DNA of 64,000 nt from Actinomycetes bacterium (GTDB taxonomy: Bacteria > Actinomycetota > Thermoleophilia > BMS3ABIN01), in the NCBI GenBank assembly GCA_021791195.1, contig JAJYXB010000022.1, positions 80,245 through 144,244 of the forward strand. The letters run 5' to 3'. The notes under the pieces are model-generated. The model searched no databases, was not told the origin of the DNA, and worked only from the letters and a program-made list of their open reading frames with translations. Shown here piece after piece: positions 19,631 through 29,367 of the stretch. The position numbers and the translations under genes are program-made. How positions within the stretch are numbered: the stretch's first letter is position 1; each line of letters starts with the position of its first letter.

Positions 19631-21796
19631 ATGACCAAACCTGGTTGCCCCGCACTGTTCGCCGGGTCAGGCCCTCTTCAAAAGGCAGGACTTCCCCGCA
19701 CTTCCAAGGCGTTTCTCAATCCTCCCCGGCTGCGCGAGCCGCTGACGGTGCTGCCCGGCGTCGGCCCGGCCCTGGCCGCCGAGGCGCGCCGCCTCGGACT
19801 TAACAGCCTGGGCGATCTGCTGTTCCACTTCCCTTTCCGGCATGACGATTTCACCAGCCGGCGCCGCATCGGCGAGCTCAAGCCGGGGGAGGAGGCGACA
19901 GTCGAGGCCACGCTGGAACAGATCGCCCTGTCGCGTACGCGGCGGCGCAACCTGCATCTGATCAGGGCGACGGTCCGCGATGATACCGGTTACATGCAGG
20001 CGGTCTGGTTCAATCAGGATTACCTGGCGCGGCTGCTAAAGCCGGGAGACACGCTGCTGCTGCGGGGCGCCTGCGATGGCGCCGGCGGCACCTTCAGGGT
20101 GCGGGGGCACGAGATCCTGGGACGCGGCGAGGCAGGGCTGCACACCACCGGCTTCGTGCCCGTTTATTCCACCACGGAAAAAATTTCGGTTAAAAGACTG
20201 CGCGGCTGGCTGGGGCAGGTGCGCCCTCTGATGGCGCGGCTGGCCGATCCGCTGCCGCCGGCGCTCAGGGCCGGGCTGCGGCTGCCGTTCCGGGCCGATG
20301 CCGTGCTGGCGATGCATTTCCCCGGTTCGGCGGACGCCGGCCGGCAGGCCGAGCGGCGGCTCATCTTCGATGAACTTTTCCTGATGCAGCTGGGTCTGCT
20401 CAGCCTCAGGCAGCGCTTTGCGCAGACGCGCCACAGCCAGGCGCTGGGCCAGGAAGGAGAGCTGACGCGGCGGTTCATCGCCGCGCTGCCGTTCGCCCTG
20501 ACCCGCGGCCAGCTGCGCGCCTGCCGGCAGATATCGCGGGACCTGCAGCGGCCGGCGCCGATGCAGCGGCTGCTGCAGGGGGATGTCGGCGCCGGCAAGA
20601 CCGTGGTGGCCACGTACACGATGCTGCGCGCGGTGGAGGGCGGCAGGCAGGCGGCGCTGATGGCTCCCACCGAGGTGCTGGCCGAGCAGCATTATTTCAG
20701 CCTGGCGCGGATGCTGGCGGGGATGGGCCTGCGGCTGGCTTTCCTTTCCAGCCGGCTCAAGGCCGGTGAGCGCCGGAGCCTGCTGGCGCGGATCGCCGCC
20801 GGCGAAGTCGACATCGCCGTGGGCACGCACGCGCTCATCCAGGAGGATGTCGTCTTCCCCGGCCTGGCGGTCATCGTCGTGGACGAGCAGCACCGCTTCG
20901 GCGTCAGGCAGCGGGAGGAGCTGGCGGTCAAGGCGGGGCGCGGCGGCCTGGTGCCGCACGCGCTGCACATGACGGCGACGCCGATCCCCCGGACGCTAGC
21001 GCTGACGCTCTTCGGCGACCTGGAGACCAGCGTGATCGCATCGCTGCCGGCGGGACGGCGGCGCATCAAGACCTGGCAGGTGCCCGAGTCCAGGCGCGCG
21101 GGCGCCTATGGTTTCATCCGCGAGCAGCTCGACGCCGGCCGCCAGTGCTTTGTCGTCTGCCCCCTGATCGAGGAATCGGAGGCGGTCCAGGCCCGGGCGG
21201 CGGAGGCTGAGGCCGGACGGCTGGCCGCCGGGGAGTTTGCCCGCTACCGGGTCGGCCTGCTGCACGGACAGCTGCCGGCGGCCGCCAAACAGGCGGCGAT
21301 GCAGGCCTTTGCCTCCGGCGAGACCCAGGTGCTGGTGGCGACCACGGTGATCGAGGTCGGCGTGGACGTGCCCAACGCCAGCGTGATGGTGATCGAGGAA
21401 GCCGACCGCTTCGGCCTGGCGCAGCTGCACCAGCTGCGCGGCCGCGTCGGCCGCGGTCCGCACGAGTCTTTCTGCCTGCTCTTTGGCGATCCAAAGACCG
21501 GGCAGGCCGAGCGCCGGCTGGCGGCGATGACCGCGACCGGCGACGGCTTCCGGCTGGCCGACATGGATCTGGAGATCCGGGGCGAGGGTCAGCTTTTCGG
21601 CGAGCGCCAGTCGGGCCTGCCTGACCTGAAGCTGGCGCGGCTGACACGCGATCAGGAGCTCCTGTCGCTGGCGCGGGAAAAAGCGCGGGCGCTGCTGGCC
21701 GGCGATCCGGGAATGGCCCGGCCGGAGCACGCCCTGCTCAGGGACGAGCTGGAACGTGTGTTCGGCGACCAGCTCGAGTGGCTCAGGCGGGTATGA
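19631..21796 (+). CDS. recG: ATP-dependent DNA helicase RecG
   Basis: [43 protein letters not shown] before ATG 19631. Confidence 0.96.
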   Translation: MTKPGCPALFAGSGPLQKAGLPRTSKAFLNPPRLREPLTVLPGVGPALAAEARRLGLNSLGDLLFHFPFRHDDFTSRRRIGELKPGEEATVEATLEQIALSRTRRRNLHLIRATVRDDTGYMQAVWFNQDYLARLLKPGDTLLLRGACDGAGGTFRVRGHEILGRGEAGLHTTGFVPVYSTTEKISVKRLRGWLGQVRPLMARLADPLPPALRAGLRLPFRADAVLAMHFPGSADAGRQAERRLIFDELFLMQLGLLSLRQRFAQTRHSQALGQEGELTRRFIAALPFALTRGQLRACRQISRDLQRPAPMQRLLQGDVGAGKTVVATYTMLRAVEGGRQAALMAPTEVLAEQHYFSLARMLAGMGLRLAFLSSRLKAGERRSLLARIAAGEVDIAVGTHALIQEDVVFPGLAVIVVDEQHRFGVRQREELAVKAGRGGLVPHALHMTATPIPRTLALTLFGDLETSVIASLPAGRRRIKTWQVPESRRAGAYGFIREQLDAGRQCFVVCPLIEESEAVQARAAEAEAGRLAAGEFARYRVGLLHGQLPAAAKQAAMQAFASGETQVLVATTVIEVGVDVPNASVMVIEEADRFGLAQLHQLRGRVGRGPHESFCLLFGDPKTGQAERRLAAMTATGDGFRLADMDLEIRGEGQLFGERQSGLPDLKLARLTRDQELLSLAREKARALLAGDPGMARPEHALLRDELERVFGDQLEWLRRV

Positions 21797-21856
21797 ACGA
21801 CGGCGGCCCGACAGGCGCCGCTTTCTGGCCGCGGTTTTGACGGGAGACTGAATCAG

Positions 21857-22417
21857 ATGCGGATCATTGCGGGGACAAAAAGGGGCGCTGTTTTCGCGGC
21901 GCCGCCGGGCACCCTCACGCGGCCGACCGCCGACCGCGTGCGCGAGGCTGTCTTCAGCAGCCTGGGCAGTGTCGAAGGCCTGGCTGTCCTGGACCTGTTC
22001 GCCGGCAGCGGCGCGCTGGCGCTGGAGGCTCTCAGCCGCGGCGCCGCCCGGGCGCAGATGGTCGAAAACCGCATCGGGGCGGTGCGGACAATCGCCAGGA
22101 ATATCACAAAACTGGGATTTGAAAACGCGGTTTTCAGCCGCCGCGATTACCTCGCTTTCCTGAAAGATGCAGCCAAAAAGCAGCTCCGCTTCGATTTGAT
22201 TTTTGTTGACCCGCCCTATAGAATGCACCGCGCCGCCGGACCGGAGCTGAAGCGCTGGCTGCCGGCGGTCTTGGCGCCGGGTGGCCGGGTCGTGATAGAG
22301 TTTGATGTCCGTCAGGATGTGGACCTGCCATTTACGCTCTTAGCTGATAAGCTATATGGCGACATCAGGATCCGCATCTACCGGGCAGAAGAGCAGGGTT
22401 CCCAAGATAATCAGTGA
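21857..22417 (+). CDS. rsmD: 16S rRNA m2G966 methyltransferase
   Basis: MRIIAG, RPTADRVRE, LDLFAGSG, DPPY. Confidence 0.93.
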   Translation: MRIIAGTKRGAVFAAPPGTLTRPTADRVREAVFSSLGSVEGLAVLDLFAGSGALALEALSRGAARAQMVENRIGAVRTIARNITKLGFENAVFSRRDYLAFLKDAAKKQLRFDLIFVDPPYRMHRAAGPELKRWLPAVLAPGGRVVIEFDVRQDVDLPFTLLADKLYGDIRIRIYRAEEQGSQDNQ

Positions 22418-22902
22418 CAGATTTTTCCAACACGATCGCGGTCTGCCCCGGAACTTATGATCCGGTGACCGAAGGGCATCTGGACATCATCCGCCGCTCC
22501 GCGCGCCTGTTCGGAAAGGTCGTGGTCGGCGTGGTGAAGGCGTCTCCGCGCAAGGAAACCCTTTTCAGCACCGAGGACCGGGTCGAGTTCCTGCGGCAAT
22601 CCCTGGGCGAGGAGATCCCGGTGGATGCCTTCGACACGCTGCTGGTGGATTTTGCCCGCAAGTGGCACGCCCGGGCGCTGGTGAAGGGCCTGCGGGCGAT
22701 CTCTGACTTCGAATACGAATTCCAGATGGCGCAGCTGAACAGGAAACTGGCGCCTGACATAGAAACTGTTTATCTGATGGCGTCCCCGGAGTACAGCTTC
22801 CTGAGCTCCAGCGGCGTCAAGGAGATAGCAAAATATGGCGGCAACGTCGACGACCTGGTGCCCGCAGTGGTGGCTGGCCGTCTCGCCGCGTTTTTCCAGT
22901 AA
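22414..22902 (+). CDS. coaD: phosphopantetheine adenylyltransferase
   Basis: PGTYDPVTEGH, GLRAISDFEYE, SSSGVKE. Confidence 0.96.
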   Translation: MTDFSNTIAVCPGTYDPVTEGHLDIIRRSARLFGKVVVGVVKASPRKETLFSTEDRVEFLRQSLGEEIPVDAFDTLLVDFARKWHARALVKGLRAISDFEYEFQMAQLNRKLAPDIETVYLMASPEYSFLSSSGVKEIAKYGGNVDDLVPAVVAGRLAAFFQ

Positions 22903-22923
22903 ACCTGGAACCTTGGAGGAAAA

Positions 22924-23403
22924 GTGGACGTACTGGTATTAATTGACAAGCTTGACGAGATAGTAAACAACGCCCGGCCGATGCCGATGACCGACAAGGT
23001 GATGATCGAGCGCGAGGAGATCTACGACATTCTCGACCAGATGCGGACCACCATCCCCGAGGAGATCAAGCAGGCGCGCTGGATCGTCAAGGAGCGCCAG
23101 GAGATGCTGGCCGAAGCCAAGGCCGAGAGCGACCGCATCGTCAAGGAGGCCAACGACCAGGCCGAGCGGCTTACCTCCGAGCAGGAAGTCGTGAAGATGG
23201 CCGAGCGCAACGCCGCCCAGATCATGGAGGACGCCCGCGCCCGCGAGCGTGAGATCCGCCTCGGCGCCGAGGATTATGCCGACGAGGTTCTGGAAACACT
23301 TGAAGTGAATCTGGAAAAATTCCTGGCGGCGGTCCGGCGCGGCCGCGAGCGGCTTCAGGGCAAGACCGGCGAGGAAAGCGAAGAGGCGGCGGTAGAGGAA
23401 TAA
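22924..23403 (+). CDS. coiled-coil protein (DivIVA/ATP synthase subunit b-like, SepIVA-type) of the coaD-yceD locus
   Basis: IPEEIKQARWIVKER pattern; helical; GGAGG SD; conserved gene position. Confidence 0.8.
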   Translation: MDVLVLIDKLDEIVNNARPMPMTDKVMIEREEIYDILDQMRTTIPEEIKQARWIVKERQEMLAEAKAESDRIVKEANDQAERLTSEQEVVKMAERNAAQIMEDARAREREIRLGAEDYADEVLETLEVNLEKFLAAVRRGRERLQGKTGEESEEAAVEE

Positions 23404-23491
23404 CCGCGGTGCCTTCCGGCCTCCCGGCCGGACTCGTCATCCACTCGTGAACGTGGCCGGCAGCCCGCCGGCTGAGATCCTGGAGCCCGTC

Positions 23492-24031
23492 ATGCCCAAG
23501 CAAACCCCCACCAGCTTCGATCTGGCCGCGCAACCGCTCGTACTGGGTGTTTCGCGCACTTTCGAACTGAACCTCTATCTACCGCCGCTGCATCTGGCGG
23601 GGCAGGATTACGGCTTTGTACCCGACGTCGTAGCGGCGCGGCTGACCGTCGCGTACGTCGGCGAGGGATACACGGCGAAACTGGAGTTCTCCTGCCGGCT
23701 GGAAGGCGCCTGCTGGCGCTGCCTGGAGCCGGCCGATCTCGACCTGGACGTCAGCGCCGATGACTACTTCGAGACGGAGCTGCCGCCGGTGGAGGAGATC
23801 GGCGACGAGGAAGAAGCGTCGCTCTGGTTCATGGAAGACGGCACGCTGAACCTGTCGGAATGGGCCCGCAGCGCCATCGCCGAACTGCTGCCGCCGCAGA
23901 TATTGTGCCAGGAGGACTGCAAGGGGCTCTGCCCGCAGTGCGGCACAAACCTCAATGCCGGGCAGTGCGACTGCGAACCTCCGGCGGATGAGCGCTGGGG
24001 GAAACTGAGGGAGTGGAAGGCGGCGGATTAG
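23492..24031 (+). CDS. YceD/DUF177 family protein
   Basis: CWRCL and LCQEDCKGLCPQCG..C-C..DERW; upstream of rpmF; start uncertain. Confidence 0.88.
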   Translation: MPKQTPTSFDLAAQPLVLGVSRTFELNLYLPPLHLAGQDYGFVPDVVAARLTVAYVGEGYTAKLEFSCRLEGACWRCLEPADLDLDVSADDYFETELPPVEEIGDEEEASLWFMEDGTLNLSEWARSAIAELLPPQILCQEDCKGLCPQCGTNLNAGQCDCEPPADERWGKLREWKAAD

Positions 24032-24181
24032 GCAGGGAAGGAAGGCCCTGGCCCCTGCGGGTTCAAACGGCGGCCGGAGGCCACCGGCGAGGGCGCCGTT
24101 TTAGAAAAATCCGCTGCGGCTTTCCAGTTCGGGGGATAATCTGTTATCCTACATCCTTGGCAAGGAAAGGAAGCTTGAGAA

Positions 24182-24361
24182 ATGGCCGTACCGAAACGAA
24201 AAACTTCACAGGCGCGCAGGGACAAGCGGCGGGCGCACGACGCGCTCAGCGAACCGTCCGTGAACGTCTGCCCGCAGTGCCATAGCCCCAAGCGGCCCCA
24301 CCGCGTCTGCCCCACCTGCGGCACCTACAAGGGCCGCGAAGTCATCTCGTTCGAAGACTGA
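24182..24361 (+). CDS. rpmF: 50S ribosomal protein L32 (absent from ORF track)
   Basis: Hand translation: [39 protein letters not shown]. Confidence 0.96.
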   Translation: MAVPKRKTSQARRDKRRAHDALSEPSVNVCPQCHSPKRPHRVCPTCGTYKGREVISFED

Positions 24362-24392
24362 CCGGTTCCCGGTTACAATCTGAAGGATTCCC

Positions 24393-24416
24393 AAACCGCC
24401 TGCCGGCGGTTTTTTT
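24393..24416 (+). terminator. intrinsic terminator after rpmF
   Basis: aaaccgcc-tgcc-ggcggttt plus T-run. Confidence 0.8.
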
Positions 24417-24555
24417 ATTCCCCGGCCTGTCACATACTGGCAACCGCCGGCAATCGGGTTAAGCGCTATTACGGTTGGCGTCATCCCTAGATATGTCGCC
24501 AGTTACGGCTACTGGCATGCGGGGCGAAAGAAATCTGAAAGCGGACGGCTTTGAC

Positions 24556-24592
24556 AAAAAAGTCCGGAGACGCCGCAATGACGTCTCCGGAC
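24556..24592 (-). terminator. minus-strand intrinsic terminator
   Basis: Perfect 11-bp stem gtccggagacg/cgtctccggac followed by TTTTTT on the minus strand. Confidence 0.75.
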
Positions 24593-24805
24593 ATTGTGCA
24601 AATTCGCTCCGGCGTCCACCTGTGGAGGGCGGGATGCACAGTTAGAGGGCATTGTACGATGCATGCCGTTGACCTGTGTTGGTCTCTCCTACCCGCTAGA
24701 GCAAATTATTGTGGAACGCAAAACACGCGAGCCGCTTTGCATCCCATGCCTGTCTTGACCGGAAGACGGCGCTGCTTGACAGCCGGCGGACAGGCGAAAC
24801 CACGT
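24556..24805 (-). ncRNA. candidate structured ncRNA of unknown family (~250 nt)
   Basis: Bounded by a TTGTTC-N17-TATGAT promoter and an intrinsic terminator; 5'/3' closing helix plus several nested helices; no credible ORF. Confidence 0.6.
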
Positions 24806-24810
24806 CTTTA

Positions 24811-24861
24811 ATCATACTATTTGAGGTGCATTTGAACAATGAATATCCGGCATGCTAAAGT
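24811..24861. promoter_or_regulatory. overlapping divergent sigma70-type promoters
   Basis: Minus: TTGTTC(24839-24834)-N17-TATGAT(24816-24811). Plus: TTGAAC(24832)-N18-TAAAGT(24856) with extended TG. Confidence 0.55.
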
Positions 24862-24991
24862 ACAGGATCGCTGAACCGACATATAAGCCGCGCTTCTGCA
24901 TCCGCGGCCGCGATAACGCCAACGGGATGGGGCCGGGAAAGGGTTTCCGGCGCCGTTCGCAGAATATCTGATCAACCCGTATCCGAGGCCC

Positions 24992-25177
24992 ATGCGCTTA
25001 AGCAAGCAAAAATCCGCGACACACCGCTACCCCTGCCACTGCTGCCACAAGCCGGCCGCTATCGTCTGGCACGACAAGCGCCGGTGCTTCATCTGCGAGA
25101 ACTGCCTGAAGACCTTCGACATCGCCATCATCGCCAGCCGCAACGGCCTGGCGGTGGAGCAACTGACGCTCTGCTGA
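24992..25177 (+). CDS. small Cys-rich putative zinc-finger protein (61 aa)
   Basis: CHCC..CFICENC; most codons end in G/C like host genes; weak SD. Confidence 0.65.
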   Translation: MRLSKQKSATHRYPCHCCHKPAAIVWHDKRRCFICENCLKTFDIAIIASRNGLAVEQLTLC

Positions 25178-25422
25178 CGGTTTCCGAGCCTGTGGCGGCG
25201 CTGATTTCAGGAATTTAATCGCGCCCGCTCGAGTTTTTACCGGGCTGCTCAGGAAAGTTTACAGGAACGCTCCCACGCCTCGTTCCGGCGGGCGGGTTTC
25301 GTTTCCACCCTTCCAGAAGATATTATTCCCAGTGTGAAATTCCGGTCCGCCTGCCGCCGGCTGCTTGCCTGCCGCGCGGCCATGGTGGCCGCAATCCCGT
25401 CCACGGCTAACGGAGGTTTCTG

Positions 25423-26469
25423 ATGGCAAAGAAAGTTGCGATACTCACCGGCGGTGGCGACTGCCCGGGCCTGAACGCGGTCATCCGCGCGGCGACGCTG
25501 AAGCTGGTCAGGGCCGGCTACGAGATGGTCGGCGTGCGGCATGGCTGGCGCGGCCTGCTGGAGAATGAATACATGCCGCTGGACATCGAGTCCACCGCTG
25601 ACATCCTCCCGAAGGGCGGCACCATCCTGCGCACATCGCGCACCAACCCGATGAAGCAGGAAGGCGGCGTCGAGCTTATCATTGATAATTTGCAGAAAAA
25701 TGACATCTGGGCGACGATCGCCATCGGCGGCGACGACACCCTCGGCGTGGCCAACAAGCTGCACGCCGAACATTCGCTGAACATGGTGGGCGTGCCCAAG
25801 ACGATCGACAACGACCTCTCCGGCACCGACTATACCTTCGGCTTCGACACGGCGGTGCAGATCGCCACCGATTGCATCGACCGCCTCAACACCACCGCCG
25901 AGTCCCACGACCGCGCGATCGTGGTCGAGATCATGGGGCGGCATACCGGCTGGATCACGGTGATGGCCGGCATCGCCGGCGGCGCAGACGTTGTCATGCT
26001 GCCGGAGTTTGATATTTCCGTCACCGAGGTCTGCGACATCCTCAAGCGCCAGCGCGCGGGCGGCAAGAACTTCAACATCGTCGCCGTCAGCGAGGGCGCC
26101 AAGCTGGTGACCCGGGAGGGCGAGGAGAAAATGGTGGTGCAGTCCGACGAAGTCGATGCTTTCGGCAACGTCAAGCTGGGCGGCGTCGCCGAGCTGCTGG
26201 CCAAGGAGATCGAGCGCCGCACCGGCTTCGAGACGCGCGCGACCGTGCTGGGCCATATCCAGCGCGGCGGCACGCCCACGGCGCGTGACCGCATCCTGGC
26301 TACGCGCTATGGCGCCAGGGCAGCGGACATGGTCATCGCCGGGGACTGGGGCAACATGGCGGCGCTGCAGGGCGACGAGATCGTACCGGTGCCGCTCTCG
26401 GTGGCCGTCGGCGAGCGCAAGCTGGTGCGGCCGGAGTACTGGGACCTGGCGCGCACGTTCTTCGCCTGA
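25423..26469 (+). CDS. pfkA: 6-phosphofructokinase (group III, probably PPi-dependent)
   Basis: GGGDCPGLN, GGDDT, PKTIDND, MGR, LGHIQRGG. Confidence 0.93.
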   Translation: MAKKVAILTGGGDCPGLNAVIRAATLKLVRAGYEMVGVRHGWRGLLENEYMPLDIESTADILPKGGTILRTSRTNPMKQEGGVELIIDNLQKNDIWATIAIGGDDTLGVANKLHAEHSLNMVGVPKTIDNDLSGTDYTFGFDTAVQIATDCIDRLNTTAESHDRAIVVEIMGRHTGWITVMAGIAGGADVVMLPEFDISVTEVCDILKRQRAGGKNFNIVAVSEGAKLVTREGEEKMVVQSDEVDAFGNVKLGGVAELLAKEIERRTGFETRATVLGHIQRGGTPTARDRILATRYGARAADMVIAGDWGNMAALQGDEIVPVPLSVAVGERKLVRPEYWDLARTFFA

Positions 26470-26474
26470 AACTT

Positions 26475-26646
26475 GGGGACGTTCCTTAACTTATTAAACT
26501 TGTCAGGGTCGCCGAAAGCTAACAGGCGATTGCGCGGAAATCGGGAATATGGATGGAGCAGGCAATCGCGCCCCCGGACGGAGAAGGGAAACCGCGGCTC
26601 TCCTGCAGAGTAACGGAAAAAGTTAAATAAGTTAAGGAACGTCCCC
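26475..26646. mobile_element. MITE/REPIN-like element with 27-bp terminal inverted repeats
   Basis: ggggacgttccttaacttattaaactt ... aagttaaataagttaaggaacgtcccc (26/27 match). Confidence 0.6.
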
Positions 26647-29310
26647 ATGAACATTGCCGAGGTCATAGTCGCGCACGCGAACACCGACTTCGACGGCTTT
26701 GCCGCATCGGTGGCGGCCGGCCGGCTGTATCCCGAGGCCCGCATCTGCTTCCCGGGCTCGCTTAACCGCAACGTGCGCGAGTTCTACAATCTGCACGCGG
26801 ACGAGATCGACACCGCCGACGTCTCCATGGTCGACCTGAAGCGCTTGCGCCGGCTGATCATCGTTGACACGATCCACTGCAACCGCCTGGGTGAGTTCGA
26901 GCGCGTCTGCGGCCGCGCGGACGTAGAGGTGATCGTCTTCGATCATCACCGCCTGGGCGCTGTTTCCGAGCGCCCCGATTTCGTCTCCGAAGAAAACTAT
27001 GTCCTCTCCGAGGACGGCTCGCTGGTCACCACCATGCTGAAGATCATCCATGACCGCAAGCTGGAGGTCTCGCCGCTGGAAGCGACCATCTTCGCGCTCG
27101 GCATCCACGAGGACACCGGCTCGCTGACCTATCCGACCACGACCGCGCGCGACGCCGAGGCGCTGGCGCTGTGCATGCGCCTGGGCGCCAGCCAGGCGAT
27201 GATCGTCAAGTATCTGCACAATCCTTTAAGTCCGGAGCAGCGGGAGCTGCTGCTGAAGCTGGTGGACGAGCTGGAGCCGGTGCCGGACGGCGATGTCGAG
27301 GTCTACCTGGCGGCGGTCCACAATCCGGTCTATGTAGAGGGACTCAGTGTCGTGGCGCACAAGATGCTGGACGTCACCGACTGCCAGGCGCTGCTGGTGG
27401 CGGTGGAGATGGAAGACCGTATCTTTATCGTCGGCCGCAGCAAGAGCCGCCTGCTGGATGTCGCCAAGGTGCTGGCCAGCGTCGGCGGCGGCGGCCACAG
27501 CCAGGCAGCCTCGGCAATCGTCAAGGGCCGGAGCCTGGAGCAGGTTCGCCAGACGCTGCTGGCTGCCGTCCCCGGGGTGGTCGAGGAGCCGCTGCGGGCG
27601 CGGGACATCATGTCCCAGCCGGTGCACTTCATCGACGTCCAGACCCCGATCAGGGAGGCTCTGCTGTTCTGCCAGCGCTACGGCCACAGCGGCGTCTCCA
27701 TCAGCGAGGGCGGGCGCCTGGCCGGCGTGGTGGCGCGCAAGGATCTGGACAAGGCGATGGCGCACAAGCTGGGCCATGCGCCGGTCAAGGGGATCATGTC
27801 GCGCGGCGTGGTGACGGTGGCCGAGGATGCGCCTGTGCACGAGATGCGCCGGCTGATGTCCACCAGCACCATCGGCCGCATTCCGGTGGTGCGCCGGGGG
27901 GCGGCAGGGGGTGAAATCCCGGTGGAGGATGTCGTTGGCATCGTCACCCGTACGGACATACTCCGGTCGCTGCACGGGATGGAGGCCGAAGAAACCGTTG
28001 CCGAAGTGCTGCGCACCGAGGTCAATTTCCGCGAGCGGTTGCAGGCGCGCGCCGGGCTGGCGCCGCTGCTAGGGGCCGTCCAGCGCCTGGGCGGCGATTA
28101 CCGCGGCGTGTACCTGGTGGGCGGTTTCGTGCGCGACCTGATCCTGGGGGAACCCAACTATGATGTTGACATCGCGGTGGAAGGTGATGGAATCGAGTTC
28201 GGCCGGCGGCTGGCGGCTGAGCTGGGCGGACGCGTGCGCGCCCATAGCAAGTTCAACACCGCCGTGGTCGTTGTCGAACACGCCGAGCCGCGCCTCCGGG
28301 TGGACGTCGCCACCGCGCGCACCGAATTCTACGATTACCCGGCGGCGCTGCCGACGGTGGAGCATTCCTCCATCAAGCGCGACCTCTACCGCCGCGATTT
28401 CACCATCAACGCCATGGCGGTATCGCTGACCGCGCACGATTTCGGCAAGCTGCTGGATTTCTTCGGCGGGCTCAGGGATCTGGAGGACCGGGTCATCCGC
28501 GTGCTGCACAACCTCAGCTTCATCGAAGACCCGACCCGCATCTTCCGCGCCATCCGTTACGAGAACCGCCTTGGCTTCCGGATGAACCCGCACACGCTGG
28601 GGCTCGCCCGCGGCTGCGTGGAGATGAATCTGGTGGGAGATCTCTCCTCGGCGCGGCTGCGTGACGAGCTCATCTGGTTGTTCTCCGAGCCGGAAGTGGC
28701 GCATACTGTTCTTAGGATCGGTGAGCTGGGCCTGGCGCCCTCGATCCATCCCGCACTGGCCGCTGACGCGGAGACCGCCGCCCTGGTGAAACGCGCCGAT
28801 GAGGCGGTTCGACGCTTCCGGATGCAGGACGAGATCAAGCTCTGGCGTCTACGCCTGGCCTGCCTGGCACGCAAGCTGGACGCCGGCCAGCTGGAGCTGT
28901 GGACGCAGCGTCTCAAACTCCGGCGCACGGACGCCGAGCGGGTCACCACCGGCGTTGTGCTGGCGCGCCAGGCCGCGGTGCGGCTGGCGGCCAGAGCCGG
29001 GGCTTCCCGCGCCGATATCCATGACATGCTCAAGCGGCTGCCGGGAGAGGCGCTGCTGCTGGCATTCGCCGCGGCGGCGGACGGGCGCGCGCGCGATGCT
29101 CTGGAGCTTTACCTGACGGAGCTGCGCCATATCCGGCTGTCGGTCGACGGCTCTGACCTGATCGCGGCGGGGCTGAAGCAGTCGCCGCAGCTGGGCCAGG
29201 TGCTTGCGGAGCTTAAGCGGCTGCGGATCGAAGGCCGGATCGCTGGCCGTGAGCAGGAGCTGGAGGCCGCCCGCAAACTGGCGACCCGGCTGGCCGCGCA
29301 GGAAAAATAG
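26647..29310 (+). CDS. tRNA nucleotidyltransferase with DHH/DHHA1 and CBS domains (CCA- or A-adding type)
   Basis: HxNTDFD, FDHH, GGGGHSQAAS, two CBS domains, LVGGFVRD..DVD, RRDFTINAMA, EDPTRIFR. Confidence 0.9.
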   Translation: MNIAEVIVAHANTDFDGFAASVAAGRLYPEARICFPGSLNRNVREFYNLHADEIDTADVSMVDLKRLRRLIIVDTIHCNRLGEFERVCGRADVEVIVFDHHRLGAVSERPDFVSEENYVLSEDGSLVTTMLKIIHDRKLEVSPLEATIFALGIHEDTGSLTYPTTTARDAEALALCMRLGASQAMIVKYLHNPLSPEQRELLLKLVDELEPVPDGDVEVYLAAVHNPVYVEGLSVVAHKMLDVTDCQALLVAVEMEDRIFIVGRSKSRLLDVAKVLASVGGGGHSQAASAIVKGRSLEQVRQTLLAAVPGVVEEPLRARDIMSQPVHFIDVQTPIREALLFCQRYGHSGVSISEGGRLAGVVARKDLDKAMAHKLGHAPVKGIMSRGVVTVAEDAPVHEMRRLMSTSTIGRIPVVRRGAAGGEIPVEDVVGIVTRTDILRSLHGMEAEETVAEVLRTEVNFRERLQARAGLAPLLGAVQRLGGDYRGVYLVGGFVRDLILGEPNYDVDIAVEGDGIEFGRRLAAELGGRVRAHSKFNTAVVVVEHAEPRLRVDVATARTEFYDYPAALPTVEHSSIKRDLYRRDFTINAMAVSLTAHDFGKLLDFFGGLRDLEDRVIRVLHNLSFIEDPTRIFRAIRYENRLGFRMNPHTLGLARGCVEMNLVGDLSSARLRDELIWLFSEPEVAHTVLRIGELGLAPSIHPALAADAETAALVKRADEAVRRFRMQDEIKLWRLRLACLARKLDAGQLELWTQRLKLRRTDAERVTTGVVLARQAAVRLAARAGASRADIHDMLKRLPGEALLLAFAAAADGRARDALELYLTELRHIRLSVDGSDLIAAGLKQSPQLGQVLAELKRLRIEGRIAGREQELEAARKLATRLAAQEK

Positions 29311-29367
29311 GAAAAATAATAATCATGGCCTGACGCAGGCCAGTACACGCAAGGCAGGATAGTTTGA

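Noticed and set aside
24698..24797. Plus-strand resemblance to a c-di-GMP-I riboswitch (GCAAA..CACGC..GACAGCCG)
   Set aside because: Core nucleotides fit poorly; promoter, terminator and most G-U pairs favour a minus-strand RNA.
25172..25204. Cys-UGA at the end of the zinc-finger ORF as possible Sec read-through
   Set aside because: No convincing SECIS and only a short, unremarkable extension.
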